Shown here: positions 1-11,677 of the stretch, one piece after another | How the letters are laid out: each line of letters starts with the position of its first letter | Position numbering within the stretch: the first letter of the stretch is position 1 | DNA from: Candidatus Krumholzibacteriia bacterium | GTDB taxonomy: Bacteria > Krumholzibacteriota > Krumholzibacteriia > Krumholzibacteriales > Krumholzibacteriaceae | Direction of reading: 5' to 3' | Assembly: GCA_963836185.1 (NCBI GenBank) | Contig: CAWIIQ010000003.1 | Span: 256,001-320,000, forward strand | DNA: 64,000 nt | Made by a program: the position numbers and the translations under genes | Notes under the pieces: model-generated | Database searches by the model: none | Told to the model about the DNA's origin: nothing | What the model saw: the letters and a program-made list of their open reading frames with translations, nothing else

Positions 1-2435
1 CGGATCGCTTCCCGCGTTCGTCCCGTCGGGGGTCACGACGTAGTAATCGGCGGGCGAGTTGCCGAAGGCGTTGTTGTATCTGAAGTCGATGTTATCCAGG
101 CTGATCGCCTGGAACCCGTAACCGGTGCCGAAGGTGAAGAGATTGTTCTTCACGGTCATCGTCACGGTTGTGCCGAGCATCGTGTTGCCGCCGCCGTACA
201 GGGCTGTGTTGCGGTCGAAGACGCTGTGTTCGATACTGCCCCAGAGGCTGTCCGCGTATAGCCCTCCGCCTATCAATGACGCTTCGTTCGCCGCCAGGAT
301 CGAGTTGTCGATATCAATCGAGGCGTAACCGTGATAGATGCCGCCGCCCATCGAACCGGCGGTGTTGCCCGAGATGAACACGGCTGAGGCTGAGAGCCCT
401 GCACGTTCGGTGCAGATCCCGCCGCCCGACGCGTTGCATGTGTTCGAGGATATCGTGTCGCCGTCGAGGGAGATCGAACCGAACTTCGCAAAAATCCCGC
501 CTCCATTGACGTAACCGCTGCAGTCCTCGATCACGTTGCCGGACAACGCGGCATCCGAGTACAGGGAGAATATCCCGCCGCCGTTCTTCGTGCCGTTATA
601 CTCGAGGAAGGGGGAGGTCCCGCTGATCGTGTTGCCCGTGATCACGGCCGATGCCTGATAGAGGTATATCCCGCCGCCGCTCTGCGCGACACAGTTGCTG
701 ATCGTGTTGCCCGCTATCGTCACGGTCCCGTCGTAGCAGGCGATTCCGCCTCCGCCGCTGAACTGCGAGGCGTTTATATATCCGCAATCAGTTATGATGT
801 TCCCTGTGATCGTCGGTGAGGCGATGTATGCGAAGATGCCGCCGCCGTAGATCCCGTTTTCGGGGAGCTGCGCGCTCTTGCCGGACCCGCCGGTGATGGT
901 GAATCCGTCGATGCCGCAGAAACCGTCGATATTCATGAAGGCGACGACGCTTCCGGGGTACTGTAAGGGTAGTCACATTCACGGACGGGTCGCGCGACTC
1001 GAATCCAGCGTCCCATCCTCCGAGAAGCATTACGGCTTTTTCGACTACCACGGGGTCATTGTAGGTCGCGGCGGCGACCATGATCGTATCGCCGTCCCAC
1101 GCGACGTCTTCCGCGTCCTGGATATCGCGGGCCGCCCACTCGGGCAGCGAGTACGGGAAGATGTTGTTGCCCGTGGGCGAGACGTAACGGTAAGGCTTAC
1201 CGATGATCCTGAAATCAGCCCTCGCTCGCGTCCGAGCCTCCGACCTCTCCTTCGGAATACGCGACGACCTTGATACGCATCGTGCGGACGGGCCATTCGG
1301 GAACGGTCCACATGTAGCTTGTCGCAAGGCTGTCAAGGCCGGTGACTATCGTCGAGTCGAAGCTCGCCCCGCTGTTGAGGCTCGCGAAGACGCTGATCGA
1401 ATCGGGGGTCTGGCGCGAGGTGGCCCAGGTGATCTCGAATTCCTCGCCGACATCGAGTTCCTCGCCGCCGTTGGGCGAGGTCACGTTGACGAAGATCCTG
1501 GCCGGGATGTAGTCGGGCACATATACGGAGCCTTCGCCGATGCCGCAGGCTCCGTACGCGATGTATGCGTATCCGTTGTCGCCCCAGCTGAGTCCCCAGC
1601 TGTTCTTGACTATCCACGCGCCCTGGCCGCCGCACAGGTTGTCGTTCCAGCCGACGATGAGCATCGCGTGGTTCGGCTGGCTGGCGTCGTCGTAGCTCCA
1701 GCATCCGCCTGTGTAGTCGTAGAAGTTGTTGTGGACGTAGAAGGATGACGTGACCGGGCCGTAGTCGAATATTGCCTGCTTCACGGCGTCGACGGTCCTG
1801 GGGACATCGTAATATTCGGGGCCTATCCTGGCCTGAGGCTCGCAAAGGTCCTGCCTGCAAGTATGGCCGTCTGATTCCGTATAGGGCATGCAGGCCTCCG
1901 CCACTGCGCCGTAATCCCAGAAGACATAGTAGGCCGACTCTACCCAGCCGCCGCTGCAGTCCGCTCCGTGAGGGTTGCAGTCGATCACTGCCTGTTCGGA
2001 GAGATCGAGCAGGCGCGAGTCGTAGATCCTCGCGAACGATTCGAGCTGCGCGACCGCGGCGAATGCCCAGCACGACCCGCAGCTGCCCTGGTTGGTTATC
2101 GGGGTCGTTCCGTTGAGTGCCCGCCAGTCGAACGAAACGGGGAGGTCGGCACTTCCGGCCGGGGCGGCAGGCAGGGAAAGCCTCGGAGCCAGGCCGGCAG
2201 GCGCCTGAGCCGGAAGCAGGCCGAGCAGATTCTTTTTCTCCTCGGCGGAGAGGGAGCCGGGCCATGTCATACCCGCCGTCCAGGTGTCCCCGCTCTCGGC
2301 GATCTCGCGGTTCAGCCGCGCGACCCTCTCAGCCTGCGTCTCTTCGGCGGACGAAGGGGCAGAGAAGGCGAGGATCGAGGCAAGTAATACGGCAGAAAGA
2401 AGAAGGGCGGGCAGAATTCGGAATCGGTCTCTCAT
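1..2435 (-). CDS. Secreted papain-like (C1A) cysteine peptidase with an Ig-like (SPNGGE) domain and C-terminal parallel beta-helix repeats; frameshifted near 1220, 955 and further downstream; runs off the window edge
   Basis: Signal peptide; catalytic motifs QGSCGSCWAF, NHAMLIVGW and KNSWG in ORF 1215..2435. The reading continues in other frames as YVSPTGNNIFPY...IQDA.D...DGDTIMVAAATY and GGGIY-type repeats. Confidence 0.85.
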
Positions 2436-2673
2436 CGGAATGTTTCTCCTCAGGTGGCGGAACCCAGGTGTCAGGTCGTATGTAGCCGTCGGTAAAGGAA
2501 TAGTATACTATATCTGTAACTAAAATAGAAACACTGGATACTGCTCACAAGGGAATTCTCGCCCGCCCGGGGCGCCTCGTCTTGAAAGGGCGGCTCTCAT
2601 GCGTTAGATTGTCCGTTGTACGCAGCGGTAGATCTTCTGCCTCGCTGCTCGTCGCTCAGAACGGGAGTGAACG

Positions 2674-4164
2674 ATGGAACTGAAAAAAATATCGATTGCT
2701 GTGATAGCCACGGCGCTGCTGCTTTCGGCTGTCGGCGGTCTCAGGGCCGACGGGAAGAAGATGATCGACGCGGCCGACATGACCCGCGGCGAGAGGATCG
2801 CCGCGGTAACGGGGCAGGTCATGGCCGGCTCGGAGATCCGCGAGAACCTCGGGTGCTCTGCGATGAGATCGGCGGCAGGGTGACAGGGACCGAGGCGGGC
2901 CGGAAGGCCCGCGACTTCGCCGAGAGGACATTTGCCGGGTACGGGCTTGACAATGTCCGCCAGGAATCGTTCGGCATGTTCGGCTGGGAGGGCGGCGACC
3001 TGAGGGCCGAGATCTTATCCCCGAGGGCATTCAGGCTCGACGCGCTCGCCCTTGCCTACACCCCCTCGACCCGGCCCGGGGGACTCGAAGCGGAGGTAGT
3101 GGACGCGGCTCACGGGAATCCCGTCGAGCTCGACAAGCTCGGCGATACGCTCAACGGCAGGTTCGCGCTCATAGAATCGGGCCGTATGCCGGGTGGCAGG
3201 TGGATGCACCGCTCCGAGGTCATGGCGGAGGTCGCGAAAAGGGGCGCCGTCGGGATGCTCTACCAGAACAGGAGCGAGGGGAGCCTTCCAGTACTGGGGA
3301 TGTGCTGGCACGGCGGCCTCAGCCCTATACCGGGCATCGGCATCTCGAAGGAGGGGGGCGAGTCGATAAGGCGCATGCTCGAGACGGGGTGAGAAGGTCG
3401 TTCTGAGGCTCACTGCCGACAACCTCTCGGGAGACATCAGGAGCGCCAACGTAATCGCCGAGATACCGGGCAGGGGCCCCGACGTGGTCGTCATCGGCGC
3501 TCATCTCGACTCGTGGGCGAACGGGCAGGGAGCGGTCGACAACGGGACGGGAAGTGTTTCACTGATCGAGGCGGCCAGGGCGATAAAAGCGGCGCGGATC
3601 CGACCCGAGGCAACCATACGATTCGTCCTCTTCATGGGCGAGGAGATGGGCCTCGACGGTTCGAGGTCGTATGTCGAGACGCATGCCGGCGAGCTCGACC
3701 GCCACAGGGCGATGATCAACCTCGACATGGAGGGTACTCCGCTCGGGATAAGGGCGATGGGACGCGAGGAGGCGGGGAGCTGGTTTGAGGAACTTCTCGA
3801 AGATCTCGACGCTTTCGACCTGACAGAGGGGATCTCGTACAGGGCGAGCCTGTACGGCGATCATCACTTCTTCCTGCTTGCCGGGGTACCGGTCCTCATG
3901 CCGGTCTCGAGGGTCGAGAACGACGCGGCCCGTTACTATCACACGGCAGCCGACACATACGACAAGGTGACCTTCAGGCAGCTCAGCCTCAACGCCGCCT
4001 TCGTCGCCTCCCTGGCGCTCGAGCTGGCCAGCACCGACAAGCCGGTCATGGAGAGGCTCGACAGCGAGGGGATGAAGGAGTTCATCGAGAAGCACGGGCT
4101 CAAAGGGGCGATCGAGGTCTGGGGAGGCTGGGACTACGAGACGGGATGGTTCGAGGCCAGGTGA
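2674..4164 (+). CDS. Secreted M28 metallopeptidase (carboxypeptidase Q-like) with PA domain; frameshifts near 2860 and 3390
   Basis: Signal peptide MELKKISIAV...; motifs GAHLDSW, GAVDNGTG, GEEMGLDGS, INLDM and YYHTAADT across ORFs 2674, 2616 and 3484. Confidence 0.85.
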
Positions 4165-4208
4165 CTTAAAATCCAGGGGGAACGATTTCTATACTGGAAT
4201 TCCAGTAC

Positions 4209-4240
4209 GTAATTGACTATATTGGTCAGGCATTTATAAT
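4209..4240 (+). promoter_or_regulatory. Sigma70 promoter (TTGACT-N16-TATAAT) of the nifU/nfuA-like gene, overlapped by an IscR/Rrf2 type-1-like operator
   Basis: TTGACT 4213-4218 and TATAAT 4235-4240. GTAATTGACTATATTGGTCAGGCAT (4209-4233) matches ATASYYGACTRWWWYAGTCRRSTAT at 21 of 25 positions. Confidence 0.6.
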
Positions 4241-4279
4241 ATCAGTAGATCGACCGGTAATCAGACGGAGGTATGGATC

Positions 4280-4504
4280 ATGAAGGAACAGGTAGCAGCG
4301 GTACTCGAGGAGATCAGGCCCAGCCTTCAGGCTGACGGCGGGGACATCGAGCTCGTGGACGTCGTCGACGGAGTGGTCAAGGTAAGGCTCAAGGGCGCCT
4401 GCGCGGGCTGCCCGATGTCCCAGATGACACTGTCAAACGGTGTCGAGAGGGTCCTGAAAGAGAGGATCCCCGAGGTCGTAAGGGTCGAATCGGTATCGAT
4501 GTAG
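4280..4504 (+). CDS. NifU-like C-terminal domain (Nfu) Fe-S carrier protein
   Basis: IRPSLQADGGDIELV...GACAGCPMS (CxxC); GGAGG RBS upstream. Confidence 0.92.
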   Translation: MKEQVAAVLEEIRPSLQADGGDIELVDVVDGVVKVRLKGACAGCPMSQMTLSNGVERVLKERIPEVVRVESVSM

Positions 4505-4539
4505 GCTCCGGCTGAGAGGATTTCAACGATCAGATTTAT

Positions 4540-4562
4540 GGGGGCGCAAGCCCCCTTTTTTA
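4540..4562 (+). terminator. Rho-independent terminator
   Basis: GGGGGC-GCAA-GCCCCC followed by a T7 tract. Confidence 0.8.
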
Positions 4563-4679
4563 TTGTGGTTAGGCCGAATCACGACAGACATGCCCTCTCC
4601 TCCCGTTTTGTCATAATTCTTGCAAATCACCCGCCTGGAAGTGAATGAAACCCGGGTTTCGTCCGCACGGGAGTGCATC

Positions 4680-5180
4680 ATGCGACGTATACGTGATTTT
4701 ATCGGCATTTTTGCAAGGGTTTCAAATGCCCGCAGAAAGCGGCGCGGGCTCGGAAGGCTCGGATTCACCCTTCTCGAGCTCTTTATCGTGATAGAGATAA
4801 TCGGATTCCTTGCAACTATAGTGCTTTCAAACTATTACCGCTCCAAGAAGGCCGCCCAGGTGGCCGTGACGGTCCAGAACCTCAAGAACGTCCAGGTGGC
4901 GCTGACCTCGTACTTCGCGATGGAAGGCGAGTTCCCTGCCACGATCAACACGATCTGGCTCCAGTTCTACGGAGGCCGCGTAGCCGAGGACCTAGAGTAT
5001 ATCGGCGGAACAACGGCCGCCAACCAGGGGGGATGGGATTTCTTCGCCAGCAACAGTGACGATATCAGGTTCGGCGGGCCGGATTTCCAGGGATACGCGA
5101 TAAGAAGCAAAGAGAACCTCCTTCCGTATGCCCTGTATGTCTACGGCGATGTCGCCACTGCGGCAAAGATCGTCCACTGA
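4680..5180 (+). CDS. Type IV pilin / type II secretion pseudopilin-like protein
   Basis: Basic leader followed by a class III signal G|FTLLELFIVIEIIGFLATIVL; ATG at 4680 after GGGAG. Confidence 0.8.
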   Translation: MRRIRDFIGIFARVSNARRKRRGLGRLGFTLLELFIVIEIIGFLATIVLSNYYRSKKAAQVAVTVQNLKNVQVALTSYFAMEGEFPATINTIWLQFYGGRVAEDLEYIGGTTAANQGGWDFFASNSDDIRFGGPDFQGYAIRSKENLLPYALYVYGDVATAAKIVH

Positions 5181-5248
5181 GCGGGGCGCCTGTGCGCCGG
5201 GATGTCAAATCTGCGTGACAAAAACCGCAATGCGAGTATAATCGCCGC

Positions 5249-6349
5249 ATGGATGACATGCGGCGATTTTTTGTGTTCGACGCTCACTGCGACACCGCGC
5301 TGAGGCTCACCGGGGACAAGCGGGTCGATCTCGGAAAAAGGCTTGCCGACGGGCATGTCGACCTCCCGAGGATGGCCGATGGCGGAGTCGGCGCGCAGGT
5401 CTTCGCCTGCTGGGTCGATCCCGACCTGAACGCCGGCAGATGGATGCCAGATACCATGGAGATGATTGAGGCCGTTCACGGCCAGGCGAAGAGACACTCC
5501 GACAGGTTGACCGTCGCCCTTTCGGGATCCGATATCGTTTCCGCAAAGGATTCGGGCAGGATAGCTGCCTTGATCGGTATCGAGGGGGGGCACGTGCTCG
5601 GTGGAAGCGTCGAGAGACTCGAGGAGTTCTACCGCGCCGGCGTGAGGTGCCTGACCCTTACCTGGATGAACACGAACGAGATCGCCGACTCGTCAGACGG
5701 CGAGTCCGAATGGAGCGGCCTCAGTCCCGCCGGGCGGGAAGTGATCGCCGCGATGAACCGGCTCGGAATGGTGATCGACCTCTCCCACGCCTCTGACAGG
5801 ACCTTCTTCGATGTCATCGAGGCCTCCGCACACCCTGTGCTCGTATCGCATTCAAGCTCGAGGGAGATCTGCGATATCCCGAGGAACATCAGCGATGAGA
5901 TGCTCCGGGCCCTCGCGGAGAACGGAGGCGTAGCCTGCGTCAACTTCTTCCCCGCTTTTCTCGACAAGAAGTGCCACACGAAGGTCTTCGAGATATGGGG
6001 AAGCTATCGTGAAGAGCGCAGCCGGCTGGCCGCCGAGTACGGCGGCGACCCGAAGCGGGTCGATGAGGAGATAGGCGGAGCCTACATCGAGCGGATAAAG
6101 AAGATACCGATGCCGGGGATAGAGGCGGCCGCCGATCATATCGAACATATGGCCGAGGTCGCCGGAGTAACTCACACAGGTATCGGATCCGATTTCGACG
6201 GCATCATGGTTGTCCCCCCCGGACTCGAGGATATCTCGAAGATGCAGGCACTTGCGGCTGTTCTGGCCGGCCGGGGCTGGAACGATGACGATATCGCCGC
6301 GGTGATGGGCGGGAATCTCCAGAACCTCTTTACAGCGGTTTGCGGCTGA
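5249..6349 (+). CDS. Membrane/renal dipeptidase family (M19)
   Basis: Motifs DAHCD, GIEGGH, LTLTW, IDLSH, VSHS and GIGSDFDG. Confidence 0.92.
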   Translation: MDDMRRFFVFDAHCDTALRLTGDKRVDLGKRLADGHVDLPRMADGGVGAQVFACWVDPDLNAGRWMPDTMEMIEAVHGQAKRHSDRLTVALSGSDIVSAKDSGRIAALIGIEGGHVLGGSVERLEEFYRAGVRCLTLTWMNTNEIADSSDGESEWSGLSPAGREVIAAMNRLGMVIDLSHASDRTFFDVIEASAHPVLVSHSSSREICDIPRNISDEMLRALAENGGVACVNFFPAFLDKKCHTKVFEIWGSYREERSRLAAEYGGDPKRVDEEIGGAYIERIKKIPMPGIEAAADHIEHMAEVAGVTHTGIGSDFDGIMVVPPGLEDISKMQALAAVLAGRGWNDDDIAAVMGGNLQNLFTAVCG

Positions 6350-6640
6350 ACCTTCGGAATTCTCCGAGAAACTGCCGGATAGGGGTAAACATCTATTTAC
6401 CTGGATCCGTATTAATTATGAAGGATATTCGGGATTCAGGCGTTTATAATAGTAGTGAGAGGATTTTTCAGGCCGATTCGAGTAAAAGCCATTTCCTACC
6501 AACCGGTTGAAAAAACAGCTCATTGGCCGTGAATCGCTTTGCAGGGAGGGGAAGGTGTCTCCCTGGCGTGCGTCATGTCAGGAGATCCTCGAGAGGGCGC
6601 TCCAATGATCGACTGGTCAGACAGAAACGAAAGCAGGAAA

Positions 6641-9422
6641 ATGAGAAGATTATCGAGGCCGATCCCCGTCGCGACGGGGATTTTCTGCGTTTTACTCATC
6701 CTAGCGATGATCTCATCGCCCGCAGGGGCGGCGAGAAAGGGAAGGCTCGTCGGCAAGGTCATGGAGACGACCTCGAGAAAGCCGGTCCCCGAGGCGATCG
6801 TGGCGATCCAGGGGACGACGATGAGTACGATGACCGACAAGAAGGGGAAGTTCCAGTTCGACCTCGACCCGGGCAAGTACGGCATCACGATCTTCAAGGA
6901 AGAGTTCTTCAGCACGAACTACCAGGATATCGAGGTAGAGCCCGGGAAGATCACGACATACGAGTGCGAGATGGTCTTCGGCGATCCGACGCAGAACATC
7001 TTCTTCTCGATCGCGGGAATCAATGTCCTCGACAAGCGCGAGCTCCTGCCGGAGCAGATCGAGACGACCCACGAGATCTCGAGCGCCGAGATCGAGCATA
7101 ACCTCTCGACCAACCTCGGCGATGTCCTCGAGCTCGTCCCCGGTGTCGAGAGAACGGCGCCTCCGGGACTTTCGAGAAAGACGAACGTCGGGCTGAGGGG
7201 CGCCGGCGATGTTTCCGGCTCCGAGGGAACGGCTGCCCTTTTCGGCACGAAGGTAATGATCGATGACATCACGATGTCGAACAACGCCAACCTCCAGTCG
7301 GGAACAGGGACGTCGTACGGGGCGACCAGCACATCGGCGGGCGGCCAGATCGACCTGAGGACGATCCCCGCCGACAACATCGAGAATGTCGAGGTCATCA
7401 CGGGCGTGCCGTCGGTCGAGTATGGCGATGTGACGACCGGCCTGGTGAAGGTCAGGACGAAGATGGGCCGCCAGCCGCACAGACTCAAATTCAAATCGAA
7501 TCCCGACACGAAGGAAGCGAACTTCAACGGAGGGATCATCGTCGGGGGAGGGACGGGACTTTCGTACAACCTCAACGGCGCCTACAGCGAGAGAGACATA
7601 CAGGCGCGACGGGGACGAGTATTACCGGTACAGCGGCAGGTTCAATGTAAGGAGCCTCCTTTTCGGCGCCAGGATGGACATGCTCAACATGTTCGGCCTC
7701 AGGGGGGTCCAGGACGAGCAGAACGTCGACGTAAACGATCCCCTTTCGATAGAGACATACAACAGGGACAAGACATACATATACGGCAATACGATCGACT
7801 ACAAGCCCACCGCTGACACCAGGATCGAGTGGCGCGGCAGTCTCACATATACGAACCGCGACAGCTATCAGCAGAAGCTCGTCGGCTCAGACGTGAGAGT
7901 CCTCACCGATGCCACGGAGAACGGGACCAATCCCGGATTTTTTGACGCCGGAGCCTATCTCTCCCAGATATGGACAAAGGGAGAGGAATGGAACGTCGGC
8001 GCGAAGCTCAGCTTCCGCTGGAACACGAACACCTACAGGTTCGACCACGGCTTCCTGCTCGGAGGCGAATATACATACGACAACAACACCGGACAGGGCA
8101 AGATCTTCGATCCCTTCCATCCCCCTTACGGCAACCCGGGGCAGCGTCCGCTGTCGTTCGATTACTCGCCCGCCCTTCAGACGGCAAGCCTCTACTTCGA
8201 GGACGAGATAAAGGGATCGCTGAGGTTCAGGCCCTGGTCGCTGATAATCGGCGCGAGATATGAGATGTATACGCCGCAGAGCATCAACTGGGGCGGACTG
8301 TTCGACAGTGAGGATTTTGTCGAGTCGAACAACGGTTCGTTTCTCAATCCCCGCATCAGGTTCAGGTTCGATTTCTCGGACGATACCCGCCTGCGCCTGA
8401 GCTGGGGCAAGGCCTCGAAGATGCCTCCGATGACGAACATCTACCAGTCGCCGATGTATCTCGACGTCACCGAGGAAAACGTCTCGCCTCCCGACTCGAT
8501 GCCTCTCGTTTCGACTTACGTATACAACTGGGACAACAAGTATATGGAAGGGTATCAGAACTCCAAGGCGGAGGCCTCGATAGACCAGAAGATCGGCCCC
8601 GTGGCCCTTATTTTTACCGGGTTCTATGACGAATCGAAAAATCTGCCGCGAAGGGTGACGGACCCTATTACCATCTATCGCTACAGGTGGGAGAACTATC
8701 CTGATCCCGCGTCGGCCTCGCCTATCGATACGATCTACACCGACAATGATACGGGGCACGGATATTTTAACACGGCGGGTTTCTATAAGAAGTGGGGGCT
8801 GGAATTCCAGTTTATCACGAAGAGGATAGAGAGCATCTCGACAGTCTTCCGCGTAGACGGGTCGTACTATAAGTCCGAGTCGGGCGCTGAGGGCGTGTAC
8901 ATGACTTCCCCGAGGTACAATTCGGCACTGGACAGGACAATATATCCGATAGTCAGTTATACCGAGGGCTGGAACCAGAGGATGGTAGTAAACTACAGGG
9001 CCGACTGCCTGGTAAAGAGGATCGGCATGTGGTTGACGTTCCATGTGCAGCAGACTCTGTTTGACTCGAATCAGTCGCCTGTCGATCCGGTTGTATATTC
9101 CTCCGGATATTATGACCCGCTCCTCGGCGAGACGGTATACATCACGCCTGAGGAATCCACGGAACTGGGCCTCGACAGGCTCTACGATGATTACGACCTT
9201 TCAGTCAAGAGCAGGCCGAACGACAGGCTCCTGTTCAACATCAACATATCGAAATCGCTGGGAAGAGGCGCCGAGGTGTCGATGTTCGTCCATAATTTCT
9301 TCGACGATCCGGCCTTCTATATGAACGAACTCGGGAATTATTCCGCGAGAAATCACGATATCTTCTACGGTATCGAGTTCTCCGTGATTCTCGACAACCT
9401 CTTCAGACGAGGAGGCGAATGA
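6641..9422 (+). CDS. TonB-dependent receptor with N-terminal carboxypeptidase-regulatory-like domain; one frameshift near 7605-7620
   Basis: Signal peptide; GKVMETTSRKPVPEAIVAI...TDKKGKF domain; plug motif DLRTIPADNIENVEVITGVPSVEYGD; barrel strands ending FYGIEFSVIL. Confidence 0.88.
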
Positions 9423-10555
9423 TGAAAAGAGTTTATATCATCCTGATCGCTGCTGGTTTTCTTGTCGCGGGATGCAGCAACGACAACAAGCCGACCATGC
9501 CTGACGGTGACGGGATAATGCAGATCGTCATAGTAGATACGACGGGGACGATCCCGGGCTCTACTCCAGGAATCCCGACTGTCGTCGATGGCGCCCAGGT
9601 CAGTATTCAGGCGAGGACACATGAATATATCGACATAACAGACGCAGAGGAAGGAGTGGCCGGCTTCAGCAGTCTGCCTGCAGGCGAATATTCTCTCTTT
9701 GCCCGCAGGGAACTGCCGATCGGCGCCCAGAAAAAAGTATTTACTGGATTTATCGACGTCTATATCTCCGGGCCTGAGATGCTGGTAGACACGATCTTTG
9801 TCGGCACAGTGACTGTCAATGCTCTGATGATCAACGAGATCTACTACGCGGGCGGAGATTACTCGAAATTCTATTTCTATGACCAGTTCGTCGAGTTGTA
9901 CAACTCGTCCCAGGACACGCTGTATCTCGATGGCTGTGTCCTGACGAGAAACTTCGGAACGGTCGATACCGACATAGAGGCGATCGACTACGTCCGCGCC
10001 ATCTATGCCTTTCAGTTCCCCGGCACTCCAGTCACCGGCCAGGAATATCCGATCTATCCGGGACAGCTCGTCGTCGTGGCGGCGGATGCGGTGGATCATT
10101 CTCTGTATGCCAATGCGGTAGATCTTTCCGGCGCGGACTGGGAATTCTTCAATCCTCTCGGCAGTGATTACGATGTCCCGGGGATTCCAAATGTAGTCAG
10201 CGTCCATCCTGAGAGCGGGACGGACTTCATGATCAACCTCTCCCACAATGCCGTCGTTTTCACGACCGGAGAGGAGTTCTGGTACGAATCGTATATAAAC
10301 AGCGCGGGGTACGAGAGGATAAGGATCGCCCTGCCGCTTTACACGGTAATAGATGGTGTCGAGTATGCCTCAAATTCGGATGCGACAAAAGAGCTGACCG
10401 CGCGTGTCGACGCCGGCTTCGCAGGCCTGGGATGCACGAAGTACAGCTTCCAGTCGACCGAGCGGCGCGAGATCGGGATGGACGTTAACAACTCGACCTT
10501 TGATTTTCGTTTGCTCCCCGTGCCGACACCGGGATGGACGGACCTGGAAGAATAG
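9419..10555 (+). CDS. DUF4876-like lipoprotein 1 (N-terminal Ig/prealbumin-like domain + lamin-tail-like domain)
   Basis: Lipobox LVAG-C; INEIYYAG...DQFVELYNSS...YLDG...FQFPG...DLSGADWE...DGVEY...DVNNSTFDF...PTPG; ATGA overlap with the TBDR stop. Confidence 0.8.
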   Translation: MMKRVYIILIAAGFLVAGCSNDNKPTMPDGDGIMQIVIVDTTGTIPGSTPGIPTVVDGAQVSIQARTHEYIDITDAEEGVAGFSSLPAGEYSLFARRELPIGAQKKVFTGFIDVYISGPEMLVDTIFVGTVTVNALMINEIYYAGGDYSKFYFYDQFVELYNSSQDTLYLDGCVLTRNFGTVDTDIEAIDYVRAIYAFQFPGTPVTGQEYPIYPGQLVVVAADAVDHSLYANAVDLSGADWEFFNPLGSDYDVPGIPNVVSVHPESGTDFMINLSHNAVVFTTGEEFWYESYINSAGYERIRIALPLYTVIDGVEYASNSDATKELTARVDAGFAGLGCTKYSFQSTERREIGMDVNNSTFDFRLLPVPTPGWTDLEE

Positions 10556-10557
10556 AT

Positions 10558-11673
10558 ATGAAGATAGCGATCTCTATAACCTTGCTCGTTCTTTTTGCTG
10601 CCTGCAGCAGCTCGGAGAAGCCTTACGCTCCGGACGGCGAGGGCGTTATCACGCTCCTGCTGGTCGATACGACGGGGACCGTCCCGGGCTCGGTTCCAGG
10701 CGAGCCATCCGTTCTTCAGGGCGCGAAGGTAAGCATTCAGGCGCGTACGCATGAGTATGTCGATGCGAGTGAATCTGACGATACCGGCGTCGCCGGATTT
10801 ACGGGGCTCGCGGCAGGCGACTATACCGTATTTGCGAGGAGTGAGATCGTTGCCGGAGCGCAGAAGAAGGTGTTCACGGGGTTCACGGAAGTGCATGTTG
10901 CAGGGACCGACGCGGTCTCGGACACCCTCTATCTCAGCACGGTGACGGTCAATTCACTTATGATTAACGAAGTATACTACTGCGGCAGCGATTACTCGAA
11001 GTTCTACTTCTACGACCAGTTCGTCGAACTGTACAACTCATCAGCGGATACGCTCTACCTCGACGGGTGCATCATCACAAGAAACTCATCGGCGAACGTG
11101 ACCGATATCGAGGAGATAGATTTCATCAGGGCGGTATATGCCTTCCAGTTCCCCGGCACCCCGGTCACGGGGCGGCGGTATCCGATAGTCCCCGGACAGT
11201 TTGTCGTTATCGCCGCCGACGCGATAGACCATTCAGTATATGCCAACAACGGGGCCGATCTTTCCGGCGCCGACTGGGAATGCTTCAATCCCCTCGGCAG
11301 TGACTACGACGTGCCGGGCATACCGAACATCATAAGCATCCATCCCTCAAGCAGGACCGATTACATGATCAGCCTTTCCCACGACGCGGTTGTCCTGGCG
11401 ACGGGGGAGGAGTACTGGGTTGACGTGGTCGATGGCGCCACGAGGATCGCTCTGCCCCTGTACTCGGTGATCGATGGTGTCGAGTACGCTTCGAGTTCCG
11501 ACAAGACCAAGTATCTGACATTGCGCGTCGACGCCGGGTTTGCCGGTCTCGGATGCGCCAAATACAGCGGCGAGTCGACCGAGCGTCGCGAAGTGGGTAT
11601 GGACGTCAATAATTCAACATTCGATTTCACTCTTCTCCCGGGGCCGACGGTCGGTTATTCGCACGTACAGTGA
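10558..11673 (+). CDS. DUF4876-like lipoprotein 2
   Basis: Lipobox LFAA-C; same motifs; close paralogue of 9419..10555. Confidence 0.8.
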   Translation: MKIAISITLLVLFAACSSSEKPYAPDGEGVITLLLVDTTGTVPGSVPGEPSVLQGAKVSIQARTHEYVDASESDDTGVAGFTGLAAGDYTVFARSEIVAGAQKKVFTGFTEVHVAGTDAVSDTLYLSTVTVNSLMINEVYYCGSDYSKFYFYDQFVELYNSSADTLYLDGCIITRNSSANVTDIEEIDFIRAVYAFQFPGTPVTGRRYPIVPGQFVVIAADAIDHSVYANNGADLSGADWECFNPLGSDYDVPGIPNIISIHPSSRTDYMISLSHDAVVLATGEEYWVDVVDGATRIALPLYSVIDGVEYASSSDKTKYLTLRVDAGFAGLGCAKYSGESTERREVGMDVNNSTFDFTLLPGPTVGYSHVQ

Positions 11674-11677
11674 TGAT

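Noticed and set aside
6350-6640. Cobalamin/TPP riboswitch or Fur box upstream of the TBDR
   Set aside because: No conserved riboswitch core or Fur consensus seen; only AT-rich DNA, a TATAAT at 6445 and a weak GGTAAA-N6-TTTACC dyad.
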